Numbered from the stretch's first letter, positions 19,325 to 28,839 are shown. The stretch: DNA of 64,000 bases from an uncultured Clostridium sp. (GCA_900553015.1 USBY01000008.1:535-64534); one strand, 5' to 3'. Program-made: numbers and translations. Notes: generated by a model from the sequence alone, not told the origin.

Positions 19325-19606
19325 ATGAATTTACAAAGAAAAGCATATTCTGAAGTATATGCTTTATTACAACTTATGTCTTTAGATTTAAAAAATAAGA
19401 TACCTAATAATGTATTAAAAAGTATTGATAACAAAAGGGATAAAAGATATGAAATAAAAATAGATGATCTTGCTAACTATGAATTTTCAGAAGATGCCAA
19501 TTTTTTATTAGGTGTTTTATATAAAAATTATTTTGCAAGTAATGAAGAAAAAAAGATTATAGATGCAAAAATTAAAATTATGAAAAAAAGGAATATGAAC
19601 TATTAA
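19325..19606 (+). CDS. small hypothetical protein, coupled to 17876-19319
   Basis: ATG 19325 follows AGGTAGGTGA; 5-nt gap after the upstream TGA; 93 aa with no recognisable domain. Confidence 0.5.
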   Translation: MNLQRKAYSEVYALLQLMSLDLKNKIPNNVLKSIDNKRDKRYEIKIDDLANYEFSEDANFLLGVLYKNYFASNEEKKIIDAKIKIMKKRNMNY

Positions 19607-19666
19607 AAATAGAAAATATTCCTTTTTTCTTGATTAATTTTTTTGATTAGTAGTAACTTTAAAATT

Positions 19667-20311
19667 TTATATATCATATAATATCTTTATTTTTCTACCA
19701 TCAACTTCTATAAGTTTATCATCTTTTAAATGTTTTAATTCTCTAAACATTGCAGATCTATCAATTGCAAGGTAATCTGCTAAATCCTTAAAAGGAAAAC
19801 TTAAATAAATATTTTTAGAATGACTCTTTCTATGTTCAATTTCAAAAAATTTAAGTAATTTTTCACGTATTTGTTTTTTCTCTAAAACTTTAACTCTTTC
19901 ATTAGTTTCTCTATATTTTGTATTAATTATATCAAATAAGTTACTTAAAAATATATTAAAATAATTATGATTAGTATTTTCAGGCCTCATAAGTTTTACA
20001 TAGTCTATAATGAGTACTTCTGTATCTTCTTTTGCAATTATTTGACAGTCTTCACTATTGGTTGCAGAAATAGTTGTACCAAACACACTATCTTTTCCAA
20101 GATTTTCCTGTACCATTTCGTTGCCATTGTACTCTATATTCATGATTTGGGCAAATCCACTAAGTACAATTCCTATAATATTATCATTTTTTATAGTAGG
20201 TATTATCTCTTCACCTTTAGCATACCTATACCTGTGAACTCCTAGAAGTACAAGGAGTTTGCCTATTTGCAATTTCGTTAATCCCTCAAATGGAAGCCTC
20301 ATTTTCATCAC
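19667..20311 (-). CDS. Crp/Fnr family transcriptional regulator
   Basis: N-terminal cNMP-binding-like beta barrel; C-terminal HTH LADYLAIDRSAMFRELKHLKDDKLI. Confidence 0.8.
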   Translation of the reverse strand: MMKMRLPFEGLTKLQIGKLLVLLGVHRYRYAKGEEIIPTIKNDNIIGIVLSGFAQIMNIEYNGNEMVQENLGKDSVFGTTISATNSEDCQIIAKEDTEVLIIDYVKLMRPENTNHNYFNIFLSNLFDIINTKYRETNERVKVLEKKQIREKLLKFFEIEHRKSHSKNIYLSFPFKDLADYLAIDRSAMFRELKHLKDDKLIEVDGRKIKILYDI

Positions 20312-20340
20312 CTGAAAAAAATTTTAACAAAAAAATAAAA

Positions 20341-20358
20341 AAGTTGCAAGTGCAACTT
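20341..20358. promoter_or_regulatory. 18-bp palindrome between the divergent crp-like gene and nrdD
   Basis: AAGTTGCA-AG-TGCAACTT; function unassigned. Confidence 0.3.
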
Positions 20359-20435
20359 GTATATATATGAAATTATATATAAGATTTACTCGTAATAAAT
20401 AATACAAAAAAATAAATCAGGGGAGGAACAAAAGA

Positions 20436-22625
20436 ATGAAAATCGTAAAAAGAGATGGCCATATTGTAGACTATGACCCAGAAAAAATTAGAGTAGCAAT
20501 AGGAAAAGCAAATGAGGAGGTAAGAGGAAGAGAAAGAGCAACTAAGGAAGAAATTAAAGAAATTATAAAATATATTGAAGACTTAAATAAAAAAAGAATC
20601 TTAGTTGAAGATATTCAAGATATAATTGAACAAAAATTAATGGAATTTGATAAATATCAATTAGCAAAAAAATATATAACATATAGATATACTAGAGAGT
20701 TAGTAAGAAAAGCAAATACAACAGATAAATCAATTAAAGAATTAATAGAAGGAGAAAATGAATATTGGAATAGTGAAAATTCTAATAAAAATGCAGAAGT
20801 AGTTACAACACAAAGAGACTACTTAGCAGGAATAACAAGTACAGATATAACAAGAAGATTTTTACTCCCTGAAGATATAGTAGAAGCACATGATGCAGGT
20901 ATTATACATTTTCATGATGCTGATTATTTTGCGCAAAATGCTCTTCATAATTGTGAATTAATTAACCTAGATGATATGCTACAAAATGGAACAGTAATAA
21001 ATGGAGTTATGATAGAAAAACCACATAGATTTTTAACAGCAGCAACAATAGCAACACAAATAATATTAGCAGTAACATCATCAAGCTATGGTGGAGCAAC
21101 AGTATCACTTACACATTTAGCACCATTTGTAAGATTAAGTTACGAAAAATACTTAAAGAAATATCAAGCAAGAAATTTCAGCAAAAAAGATTGCGAAAAA
21201 TATGCTATGCAAGATACTAAAAAAGAAGTTGAAGATGGAGTTCAAACATTTAATTATCAAGTAAACTCTATGACAAATACAAATGGACAAGCACCATTCT
21301 TATCAGTTTGCATGTATTTAGGAGAAACAGAAGAATATAAAGACGAACTTGCAATGATAATCGAAGAGTTCTTAAAACAAAGAATATTAGGATTCAAAAA
21401 CGAAAAAGGCGTATATATAACACCTGCTTTCCCAAAACTTTTATATGTACTTGAAGAAGATAACATTCGTGAAGGTAGCAAATATTGGTATTTAACAAAA
21501 CTAGCTGCAGAATGTACAGCTAAAAGAATGGTTCCAGATTATATATCAGAAAAAATGATGTTAAAATATAAGAAAAATATCCTAGGTGATGGAGATTGTT
21601 ATCCATGTATGGGTTGTAGATCATTCTTAACTCCTGATAGAATGTTAAATATAGGAAATATTGCAAAAGCTAAAAATTATGTAGAAGGAAAAGGTAAATA
21701 TTATGGAAGATTCAACCAAGGTGTTGTAACAATTAATTTACCAGATGTTGCACTTTCTGCAGATGGTGATATGGATGAATTTTGGAAAATATTTGATGAA
21801 AGATTGGAATTATGCCATAGAGCATTACAAATAAGACATAAAAGATTAAGTAAAGTAACAAGTGATGTAGCACCTATTTTATGGCAACATGGCGCATTAG
21901 CAAGATTAGAGAAAGGTGAGTCAATACATGAATTATTACATCATGGATATTCAACAATTTCACTTGGATATGCTGGTTTATATGAATGTGTTAAAGTTAT
22001 GACAGGACATAGCCATACAGATAACGGACCAGGAAAAGAATTTGGATTAAAAGTAATGCAACATCTAAATGATGCAACAAATAAATGGAAAGCAGAAGAA
22101 GATTTAGATTATTCAGTTTATGGAACACCAATAGAATCAACAACATATAAATTTGCTAAATGCTTAAGAGAAAGATTTGGAACAGTTAAAGGAATTACAG
22201 ATAGAAATTATATTACTAATTCATACCATGTTCCTGTATTCGAAGAAATAGACGCATTTTCTAAATTAAAATTAGAGAGCGAATTCCAAGTATTAAGTCC
22301 TGGTGGAGCTATTTCTTATGTAGAAACACCAAACTTACAAGGAAATATAGATGCAGTAATCGAAGTAATTCAATTTATTTATGATAACATTATGTATGCA
22401 GAACTAAATACAAAATCTGACTATTGCCAAAAATGTGGTTATACTGGAGAAATATTAATAGATGACGATTTAGAATGGTATTGTCCAAACTGTGGAAATA
22501 GAGATCATAATACATTAAATGTTGCAAGACGTACTTGTGGATATATCGGAACAAACTTCTGGAATAAAGGAAGAACACAAGAAATAAAAGAAAGAGTTTT
22601 ACATATCGATAACAAGGAGGCATAA
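20436..22625 (+). CDS. nrdD: anaerobic ribonucleoside-triphosphate reductase
   Basis: N-terminal ATP-cone (VKRDG..D..KI), C-terminal Zn ribbon CQKCGY..CPNCG and glycyl-radical motif RRTCGYIG; 729 aa. Confidence 0.95.
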   Translation: MKIVKRDGHIVDYDPEKIRVAIGKANEEVRGRERATKEEIKEIIKYIEDLNKKRILVEDIQDIIEQKLMEFDKYQLAKKYITYRYTRELVRKANTTDKSIKELIEGENEYWNSENSNKNAEVVTTQRDYLAGITSTDITRRFLLPEDIVEAHDAGIIHFHDADYFAQNALHNCELINLDDMLQNGTVINGVMIEKPHRFLTAATIATQIILAVTSSSYGGATVSLTHLAPFVRLSYEKYLKKYQARNFSKKDCEKYAMQDTKKEVEDGVQTFNYQVNSMTNTNGQAPFLSVCMYLGETEEYKDELAMIIEEFLKQRILGFKNEKGVYITPAFPKLLYVLEEDNIREGSKYWYLTKLAAECTAKRMVPDYISEKMMLKYKKNILGDGDCYPCMGCRSFLTPDRMLNIGNIAKAKNYVEGKGKYYGRFNQGVVTINLPDVALSADGDMDEFWKIFDERLELCHRALQIRHKRLSKVTSDVAPILWQHGALARLEKGESIHELLHHGYSTISLGYAGLYECVKVMTGHSHTDNGPGKEFGLKVMQHLNDATNKWKAEEDLDYSVYGTPIESTTYKFAKCLRERFGTVKGITDRNYITNSYHVPVFEEIDAFSKLKLESEFQVLSPGGAISYVETPNLQGNIDAVIEVIQFIYDNIMYAELNTKSDYCQKCGYTGEILIDDDLEWYCPNCGNRDHNTLNVARRTCGYIGTNFWNKGRTQEIKERVLHIDNKEA

Positions 22626-22627
22626 TT

Positions 22628-23116
22628 ATGAGATACAATTTAATTAGAAAAATGGATATTTCAAACGGGCCAGGAGTAAGAGTATCTATATTTATGCAAG
22701 GATGTCCTTTCCATTGTAAAAACTGTTTTAACCCTGAAACATGGGATTTCGAAGGGGGAAAAGAATTTACACAAGAAACAATCGATAAGGTACTAGAATT
22801 AAGTGATAAAAACGAAGTAAAAGGTTTATCTATATTAGGTGGGGAGCCAATGGCTCCTACCAACATTGAAGGAACTGCAAAACTTGCTAAAGCATTTAAA
22901 GAAAAATATCCAGAAAAAAATGTATGGGCATGGTCAGGCTATAAATTTGAGCAAATAAAAGATAAAGATGCGTTAAAATATATTGATGTATTAGTAGATG
23001 GAAATTATGAAGATGAATTACATGATCCAACATTAAAATGGAAAGGTTCCTCTAACCAAAGAGTTATAGATGTTCAAAAAAGTTTAAAAAATGGCGGAAT
23101 TAATTTGTTAAAATAA
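22628..23116 (+). CDS. nrdG: anaerobic ribonucleotide reductase activating protein (radical SAM)
   Basis: NGPGVRVSIFMQGCPFHCKNCFN motif; directly follows nrdD. Confidence 0.93.
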   Translation: MRYNLIRKMDISNGPGVRVSIFMQGCPFHCKNCFNPETWDFEGGKEFTQETIDKVLELSDKNEVKGLSILGGEPMAPTNIEGTAKLAKAFKEKYPEKNVWAWSGYKFEQIKDKDALKYIDVLVDGNYEDELHDPTLKWKGSSNQRVIDVQKSLKNGGINLLK

Positions 23117-23120
23117 AAAT

Positions 23121-23190
23121 TTCGGGATTTTGGGACGTTCCTCAGGAAGATAGGAAGATAGGGATTTGGGGACGGTCCTAAAATCCCTAT
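23121..23190. repeat. dispersed hairpin repeat, two direct units
   Basis: TTCGGGATTTTGGGACGTTCC ... ATAGGGATTTGGGGACGGTCCTAAAATCCCTAT. Reverse complement closely matches 25137-25198. Confidence 0.85.
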
Positions 23191-23223
23191 TTTGTAAAAA
23201 TTTAAAAATAAGTATATTAAAAA

Positions 23224-23254
23224 AGTAGGTAATTTATTGTAAGTTACCTGCTTT
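23224..23254 (+). terminator. hairpin plus T4 after nrdG and repeat
   Basis: GTAGGTAA / TTACCTGC stem (one G-U) followed by TTTT. Confidence 0.45.
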
Positions 23255-23291
23255 TGTGTTATTATGCAAATAATTTAAGGAGAAACTAACA

Positions 23292-23789
23292 ATGGCTAAA
23301 TTAGTTATATTAAGAGGAAACTCTGGAAGTGGCAAAACAACTGTTGCAAAAGGCTTACAAAAGAAATTAGGACATGGAACGATGCTTATTTCACAAGATG
23401 TTGTCAGAAGAGAAATGCTATATGTAAAAGATGGTGAAAAACCTAAGGTAAGTGAATTACTTTTTCAACTTGCAGTTTATGGTAAAGAACATTGTGATGT
23501 AGTAATTCTAGAAGGAATCTTAAATTCAAAATGGTATGAACAATTATTTAAAAAACTGATGAAAGAATTTGAAGAAAATATTTTTGCTTTTTATTTTGAT
23601 ATACCATTTGAAGAAACTCTAAAAAGGCATAAAACTAAACCAAATGCAAATGAATTTGGAAAAACAGAATTACGTAAATGGTGGAATGAAAAAGATTTAC
23701 TCGACTGCATTCCAGAAACAATATTAGGAAAAGAATTAGAAGCTGATGAAATTATTAATTTGATATTTGATAAGCTTATGGAAAAATAA
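23292..23789 (+). CDS. P-loop kinase / AAA-family ATPase
   Basis: Walker A GNSGSGKTT at residues 9-17; 165 aa. Confidence 0.7.
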   Translation: MAKLVILRGNSGSGKTTVAKGLQKKLGHGTMLISQDVVRREMLYVKDGEKPKVSELLFQLAVYGKEHCDVVILEGILNSKWYEQLFKKLMKEFEENIFAFYFDIPFEETLKRHKTKPNANEFGKTELRKWWNEKDLLDCIPETILGKELEADEIINLIFDKLMEK

Positions 23790-23814
23790 TATTAATATGA
23801 ATGGAGACTAAAAT

Positions 23815-24447
23815 ATGAAAAATATTTTAATACATGGATTAGGTCAAAACGAAACAAGTTGGAATATGGTAGAAAAAGAACTAAATATTCATAGTATGAA
23901 TGTAGAAAAGCCAAATTTATATTCGATGATAAAAGATACAAAAATAGACTATTCTACTTTATATAAAAAATTTGCCGAATATTGTAACAGTTTTAACGAA
24001 CAGCTAAACTTATGCGGATTATCTCTTGGTGGAATATTGGCACTAGATTATGCAAAGGAATTTCTAGAGAAAGTAAATTCACTTATTTTAATTGGAACAC
24101 CTTATCAAATACCAAAATATCTTTTTAAACTTCAAGGTGTAATATTTCATATTATGCCAAAATCTACCTTTGAGAAAATAGGATGCACAAAAAAAGATTT
24201 TATGTCATTAGTTAGTTCAATGAGTGATTTAGATATTGGAACTAATTTAGATAAAATAGATTGCAAGACATTGATTTTATGCGGAATAAAAGATAATCAA
24301 AATATGGAAAATGCAAAATTATTAAATGAGAATATAAAAAATAGTTACTTTAAGACAATTGGCAATGCGTCACATGAAGTGAATGTTGACAATCCAAAAG
24401 AACTAGCTAATATAATCTATGATTTCTGGAGAGAAATACAAGAGTAA
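23815..24447 (+). CDS. alpha/beta hydrolase
   Basis: IHGLGQN, nucleophile elbow GLSLGG, C-terminal NASHEV. Confidence 0.75.
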   Translation: MKNILIHGLGQNETSWNMVEKELNIHSMNVEKPNLYSMIKDTKIDYSTLYKKFAEYCNSFNEQLNLCGLSLGGILALDYAKEFLEKVNSLILIGTPYQIPKYLFKLQGVIFHIMPKSTFEKIGCTKKDFMSLVSSMSDLDIGTNLDKIDCKTLILCGIKDNQNMENAKLLNENIKNSYFKTIGNASHEVNVDNPKELANIIYDFWREIQE

Positions 24448-24471
24448 AAAAATAGAAAGGAGAAAATTTAA

Positions 24472-25128
24472 ATGAGTAAAGAAAATGAGGAAACATTAAA
24501 AATATATGATAGAAAGGCATGTACATACTTAAAGACAAGTATTGCACATGACAATCTTGATCCGGAAAAGGCAAAACGTAAAAGTGAAAAATTGCATAAA
24601 TTTATTACAACTAATATTGGTACATTACCTAAAGGTTCAAAAGTATTTGAATTTGGCTCAGGAGATGGAAAAAATGCAAAATATATAGAAGAGCTAGGAT
24701 ATGATGTAACCGCAAGTGATGTAGCAGAAGATTTTATTAATGCAACTAAATCTACAGGTGTAAAAACTATAAAATTTAATGTTTTAGAGGATAAATTTAA
24801 TGAGAAATATTCAGGAATATTTGCATGGAGAGTATTTGTTCATTTTACAAAAGAAGATGCTTTAACAGTTTTAAAAAAAACGTATGACGCGCTAGAGGAT
24901 AATGGATTATTTGTTTTTAATGTTATGAATCGTGAAGGAAAAGCTGTTGATGAAGAATGGGTGGATTTTCCTAATGAATATCATATGGGAGCAGACCGTT
25001 ATTATAGATACTTTAGCGAAGATGAAATGAATGAAATCATTGCAAAAACAGGATTTAAAATTTCTGAATTTCACACAGAAGGCGGAACCAATAATAACAA
25101 ATGGTTACTATATGTTTTGAAAAAATAA
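24472..25128 (+). CDS. class I SAM-dependent methyltransferase
   Basis: SAM-binding motif I VFEFGSGDGKNA followed by an acidic residue (ASDV). Confidence 0.75.
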   Translation: MSKENEETLKIYDRKACTYLKTSIAHDNLDPEKAKRKSEKLHKFITTNIGTLPKGSKVFEFGSGDGKNAKYIEELGYDVTASDVAEDFINATKSTGVKTIKFNVLEDKFNEKYSGIFAWRVFVHFTKEDALTVLKKTYDALEDNGLFVFNVMNREGKAVDEEWVDFPNEYHMGADRYYRYFSEDEMNEIIAKTGFKISEFHTEGGTNNNKWLLYVLKK

Positions 25129-25136
25129 TAAATATA

Positions 25137-25198
25137 ATAGGGAAAAAAGGAACGTCCCCAAATCCCTATATTTCTTAGGACCGTCCCAAAATCCCGAA
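25137..25198. repeat. dispersed hairpin repeat, inverted relative to 23121-23190
   Basis: ATAGGGAAAAAAGGAACGTCCCCAAATCCCTAT (25137-25169) is the exact reverse complement of 41031-41063. The end GGACCGTCCCAAAATCCCGAA mirrors the start of 23121. Confidence 0.85.
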
Positions 25199-25207
25199 GG
25201 AGGAAAT

Positions 25208-25513
25208 ATGAAAGTAATAACTGTATGTGGAAGCTATAAATATAAAAATGAAATGAAAGAAATAACAGAAAAAATGGCTTTAAAAGGAAATTGTATGCTA
25301 ACTCCAATAGAGCTTACTAAGCCTAATAAAGAGGCATATACAAAGGAAGAAGCATCAATGATTGATAAAATGCATAAAGAAAAGATTAAATTATCTGATG
25401 CTATATTAGTTGTTAATGTAGACGGATATATTGGAAATAGCACAAAAAGCGAAATTGAATATGCTAAGTCATTAAATAAAGAGGTTTTATATTATACAGA
25501 TTTAATTAAATAG
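25208..25513 (+). CDS. small hypothetical protein (possibly nucleoside 2-deoxyribosyltransferase-like fold)
   Basis: RBS GAAGGAGG; 101 aa. The fold suggestion rests only on the ITVCGS..ILVVN pattern and is weak. Confidence 0.45.
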   Translation: MKVITVCGSYKYKNEMKEITEKMALKGNCMLTPIELTKPNKEAYTKEEASMIDKMHKEKIKLSDAILVVNVDGYIGNSTKSEIEYAKSLNKEVLYYTDLIK

Positions 25514-25532
25514 TAAGAAAAGAAGGAGAATA

Positions 25533-26855
25533 ATGAAAAACTTTAATTTATTTGAAGATAGTAATGATGCAAAACAAGCACCTTTAGCAAGTAGAATGAG
25601 ACCATTAAGCTTAGATGAAATAGTAGGTCAACAACATATAATTGGAAAAGATAAATTGCTTTATAGAGCAATAAAAGCAGATAGGCTAGGTTCTATAATA
25701 TTATATGGACCACCTGGAATAGGAAAAACTACTATTGCAAAAGTAATCGCTAATACAACAAATTCATATTTTAGCAAATTAAATGCTACAAATGCAGGAA
25801 TTAAAGATGTAGAAAAAATTATAGATGACGCAAAATTTAATTATGGTGCATATAAAAAGAAAACAATATTATTTATAGACGAGATACATAGATTTAATAA
25901 AAACCAACAAGACTATTTGCTTCCATTTGTTGAAGATGGTGTTGTTACTTTAATTGGTGCAACTACAGAAAATCCATATTTTGAAGTAAATAATGCGTTA
26001 CTTTCAAGGTGTAGGATATTTGAATTAAAGCCACTAGAGAAAGATGATTTGATACATATAATGGATAGAGCACTAAAAGATAAAGAAAGAGGCTTAGGAG
26101 ATATAGATATAGTCATTGATAATGACGCAAAAGAATTTTTAGCAGATATGGCAAATGGAGATGCCAGAAGTGTTTTAAATGCATTGGAATTAGCATATCT
26201 TACGACAACGCCAGAAAGTGATGGAAGCTTACATATTACTCTTGAAGTTGCAGAAGAATGCATACAAAAAAAGGCTATAAGATATGATGTAAATGGAGAT
26301 AATCATTATGATGCAATTTCAGCATTTATAGAATCAATGAAACATACTGAGCCAGATGCTACATTATATTATTTAGCTAGAATGTTAGTGGCTGGAGAAG
26401 ACATAAAATATATTGCAAGAAGAATTTGTGTATGTGCCTCAGAAGATGTTGGTCTTGCAAATTCTGAAGCTTTAGAAGTTGCAACAACAGCTATGATTGC
26501 TGTTGAAAAAGTAGGAATGCCGGAAGCTGCAAAAATATTAGCTCATGCAGCTTTATATGTTTGTTGCTCTCCAAAATCTGATACTGTTTTTGGAATTTTA
26601 TCTGCCATGAAAGATGTAGAGAGAACAGGAAATATTCCTATTCCACCATTTTTACAAGATTCAAGTTATAAAAATGCTTATAAACTTGGTAGAGGAATAG
26701 GGTTAGATGATATACATGTATTTCCAAATCATTATTCAGGTCAGAACTGTATGCCAGAAGAATTAAAAGATAGACATTACTTTAAATTATCTGGAACAGG
26801 AAATGAAAAGAAAATACTAGAATTCTTAGATTATTTAAAAAATAATTTGAATTAA
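25533..26855 (+). CDS. rarA: replication-associated recombination protein A (AAA+ ATPase)
   Basis: LDEIVGQQHI, Walker A GPPGIGKTT, Walker B LFIDEIHRFNK, GATTENP, typical MgsA C-terminal domain. Confidence 0.92.
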   Translation: MKNFNLFEDSNDAKQAPLASRMRPLSLDEIVGQQHIIGKDKLLYRAIKADRLGSIILYGPPGIGKTTIAKVIANTTNSYFSKLNATNAGIKDVEKIIDDAKFNYGAYKKKTILFIDEIHRFNKNQQDYLLPFVEDGVVTLIGATTENPYFEVNNALLSRCRIFELKPLEKDDLIHIMDRALKDKERGLGDIDIVIDNDAKEFLADMANGDARSVLNALELAYLTTTPESDGSLHITLEVAEECIQKKAIRYDVNGDNHYDAISAFIESMKHTEPDATLYYLARMLVAGEDIKYIARRICVCASEDVGLANSEALEVATTAMIAVEKVGMPEAAKILAHAALYVCCSPKSDTVFGILSAMKDVERTGNIPIPPFLQDSSYKNAYKLGRGIGLDDIHVFPNHYSGQNCMPEELKDRHYFKLSGTGNEKKILEFLDYLKNNLN

Positions 26856-26925
26856 GCTAATATTAAAAATTGTGATTTTACTTGGATAGCTATAATCTAA
26901 GCAAAGAAATAGAATAGGTGGTATT

Positions 26926-27432
26926 ATGGATATAACTTTAATAAGACATGGTGAAAGCGAATATAATCGAATTGGTTTATTGCAAGGAAGAATTGATTGT
27001 AATTTGAGTGAATATGGAATAAAACAAACACAAGAAAAAGCTAAGATTTTTGATTGTAGTAAATTTGATTTATGTTTTTGCTCACCTCTTAAAAGAACTA
27101 GACAAGCTGCAGAAATTTTAGTCCCTCAATTAAAAATAATTTATGATGAACGAATTATTGAACGAAGTTTAGGAGATTTAGAAAGCACACCTAATTCTGA
27201 TGAGAAACAATTCTTATTAAAGCAGATTGATTCCGCTCCAACTAATGGAGAATCTATTAATGATATACAAGAAAGAGTAAATGATTTTATTAATTTCTTA
27301 AAAGAAAATTATAGTGCCAAAAAGATTTTAGTTATAACACATGCAGGTGTTATTTATGCTATTCAAAGAGTGCTTAATTTAAAAGTAAATACAGTAAAAA
27401 ATTTGGAAGAAATAAAAATACATATAGATTAA
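26926..27432 (+). CDS. histidine phosphatase family protein (phosphoglycerate mutase-like)
   Basis: LIRHGESEYN catalytic RHG motif, later ITHAGVI. Confidence 0.8.
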   Translation: MDITLIRHGESEYNRIGLLQGRIDCNLSEYGIKQTQEKAKIFDCSKFDLCFCSPLKRTRQAAEILVPQLKIIYDERIIERSLGDLESTPNSDEKQFLLKQIDSAPTNGESINDIQERVNDFINFLKENYSAKKILVITHAGVIYAIQRVLNLKVNTVKNLEEIKIHID

Positions 27433-27463
27433 ATTGAGCTTTGATAAAGCAGGAGGAGATTAA

Positions 27464-27959
27464 ATGAATTTTATAGATAAAATATCTAATATCTACAAGA
27501 CTAATAAAAATATTGAAATTTATATAGATATGGATGGTACTATTGTAGAACTTTTATTTGATAAAGAAGGAAGCTATACAAAAAAAAGGTGTGTATTTAA
27601 ATAAAAGACCAATAATACCAGTAGTTAATAAACTAGAAGAGATAAAAAACAAATTTCCACTAATAAAATTTAAAATATTAAGTTGTTCAAAAACAAATCA
27701 GATGCGAAACGAAAAAAATGAATGGCTTAATATTCAAATGCCATACATAAAGAAAGAAGACAGAGTCATCTTTTCTGAAGAAGCAGGTGATTATGCAAGA
27801 GAGGATAGAAATCTTGTAAAAGCTGAGTATATAAACAAAAATATTGACGATGATAAGATAATAATTCTGATAGATGATGATATAGAGGTATTAAAAGGGG
27901 TACAAAATTTAAATAAAGAAAATGTATTACCTGTTCATGTTACTTCTATTTTAATTTAG
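27464..27959 (+). pseudogene. HAD-superfamily 5'-nucleotidase-like gene with +1 frameshift in an A8 run
   Basis: ATG 27464 follows AGGAGG. YIDMDGTI (DxDxT) is in the first frame, which stops at 27602-27604. Removing one A from A8 (27580-27587) joins it to track ORF 27558-27959 (LIDDD). Confidence 0.7.
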
Positions 27960-27976
27960 GAAAAGAGTGATAGCTT

Positions 27977-28675
27977 ATGAATATTAAAATCTTACAGTTA
28001 ATTGAAGGTGCAAAACAGGCAACAGGAACAGCTGTAATTATAGATGTGTTTAGAGCATTTACTGTTGAGGCATATTTAGTAAATAACGGTGTACAAAAAT
28101 TAATTCCAGTTGGAGACAAACAAATTGCATATGATTATAAAGAAAAACATAAGGATTGTATATTAATTGGTGAAAGAAGAGGAATAATGCTTGAAGGTTT
28201 TGATTATGGAAATTCACCAACTCAAATAGAAAAAATAGATTTTTCTGGAAAAACAGTTGTACATACTACAAGCTCAGGTACGCAAGGAATAGCAAATGCG
28301 CAAAATGCCAAAGAGATTTTAACAGGAAGTTTGGTAAATGCAAAAGCTATAGCTGAGTATATAAAAATGCAAAATCCAGAAGATGTTTCATTGGTTTGTA
28401 TGGGCAATGGCGGCCTATCAGAAGCAGAAGAAGACACTTTATGTGCAAAGTATATAAAAAGTTTATTAGAAGGGAAAAATCCTGATTTTGATAAAGAAAT
28501 TGACGAATTAAAAAATATTGCAGGTAAAAGATTTTTTGATCCAAAATTACAAAATATTTTTCCAGAAAGAGATTTTTATTTGTCTACAGAATTAAACAAG
28601 TTTAATTTTGCTTTAAAAGTTGAAAAAGATAATGAAGGATTAAATTATGTTAGAAAAATAGAAGAAACTAACTAG
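27977..28675 (+). CDS. comB: 2-phosphosulfolactate phosphatase family protein
   Basis: VIIDVFRAFT near the N-terminus, GERRG, DYGNSP motifs; 232 aa. Confidence 0.75.
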   Translation: MNIKILQLIEGAKQATGTAVIIDVFRAFTVEAYLVNNGVQKLIPVGDKQIAYDYKEKHKDCILIGERRGIMLEGFDYGNSPTQIEKIDFSGKTVVHTTSSGTQGIANAQNAKEILTGSLVNAKAIAEYIKMQNPEDVSLVCMGNGGLSEAEEDTLCAKYIKSLLEGKNPDFDKEIDELKNIAGKRFFDPKLQNIFPERDFYLSTELNKFNFALKVEKDNEGLNYVRKIEETN

Positions 28676-28727
28676 TAAAGATACAATATGAAAATAACTG
28701 GTTATTGTATGGAATATTCGATAGTAA

Positions 28728-28759
28728 AAATAGAGGTTAGAAATAATCTCTATTTTTTT
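28728..28759 (+). terminator. rho-independent terminator after comB-like gene
   Basis: AAATAGAG / CTCTATTT stem followed by T7. Confidence 0.7.
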
Positions 28760-28839
28760 GCTATAAAACTTATTTTACTACAGCCATAACAGTTATGGCA
28801 AATTCTGAAAGAAAAAGGAAAAAATTTTAAAAAAACTGT

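Noticed and set aside
20359-20400. NrdR boxes upstream of nrdD in the TATATATA-rich stretch.
   Set aside because: I could not align two 16-bp palindromes resembling the acaCwAtATaTwGtgt consensus; the A/T alternation alone is not evidence.
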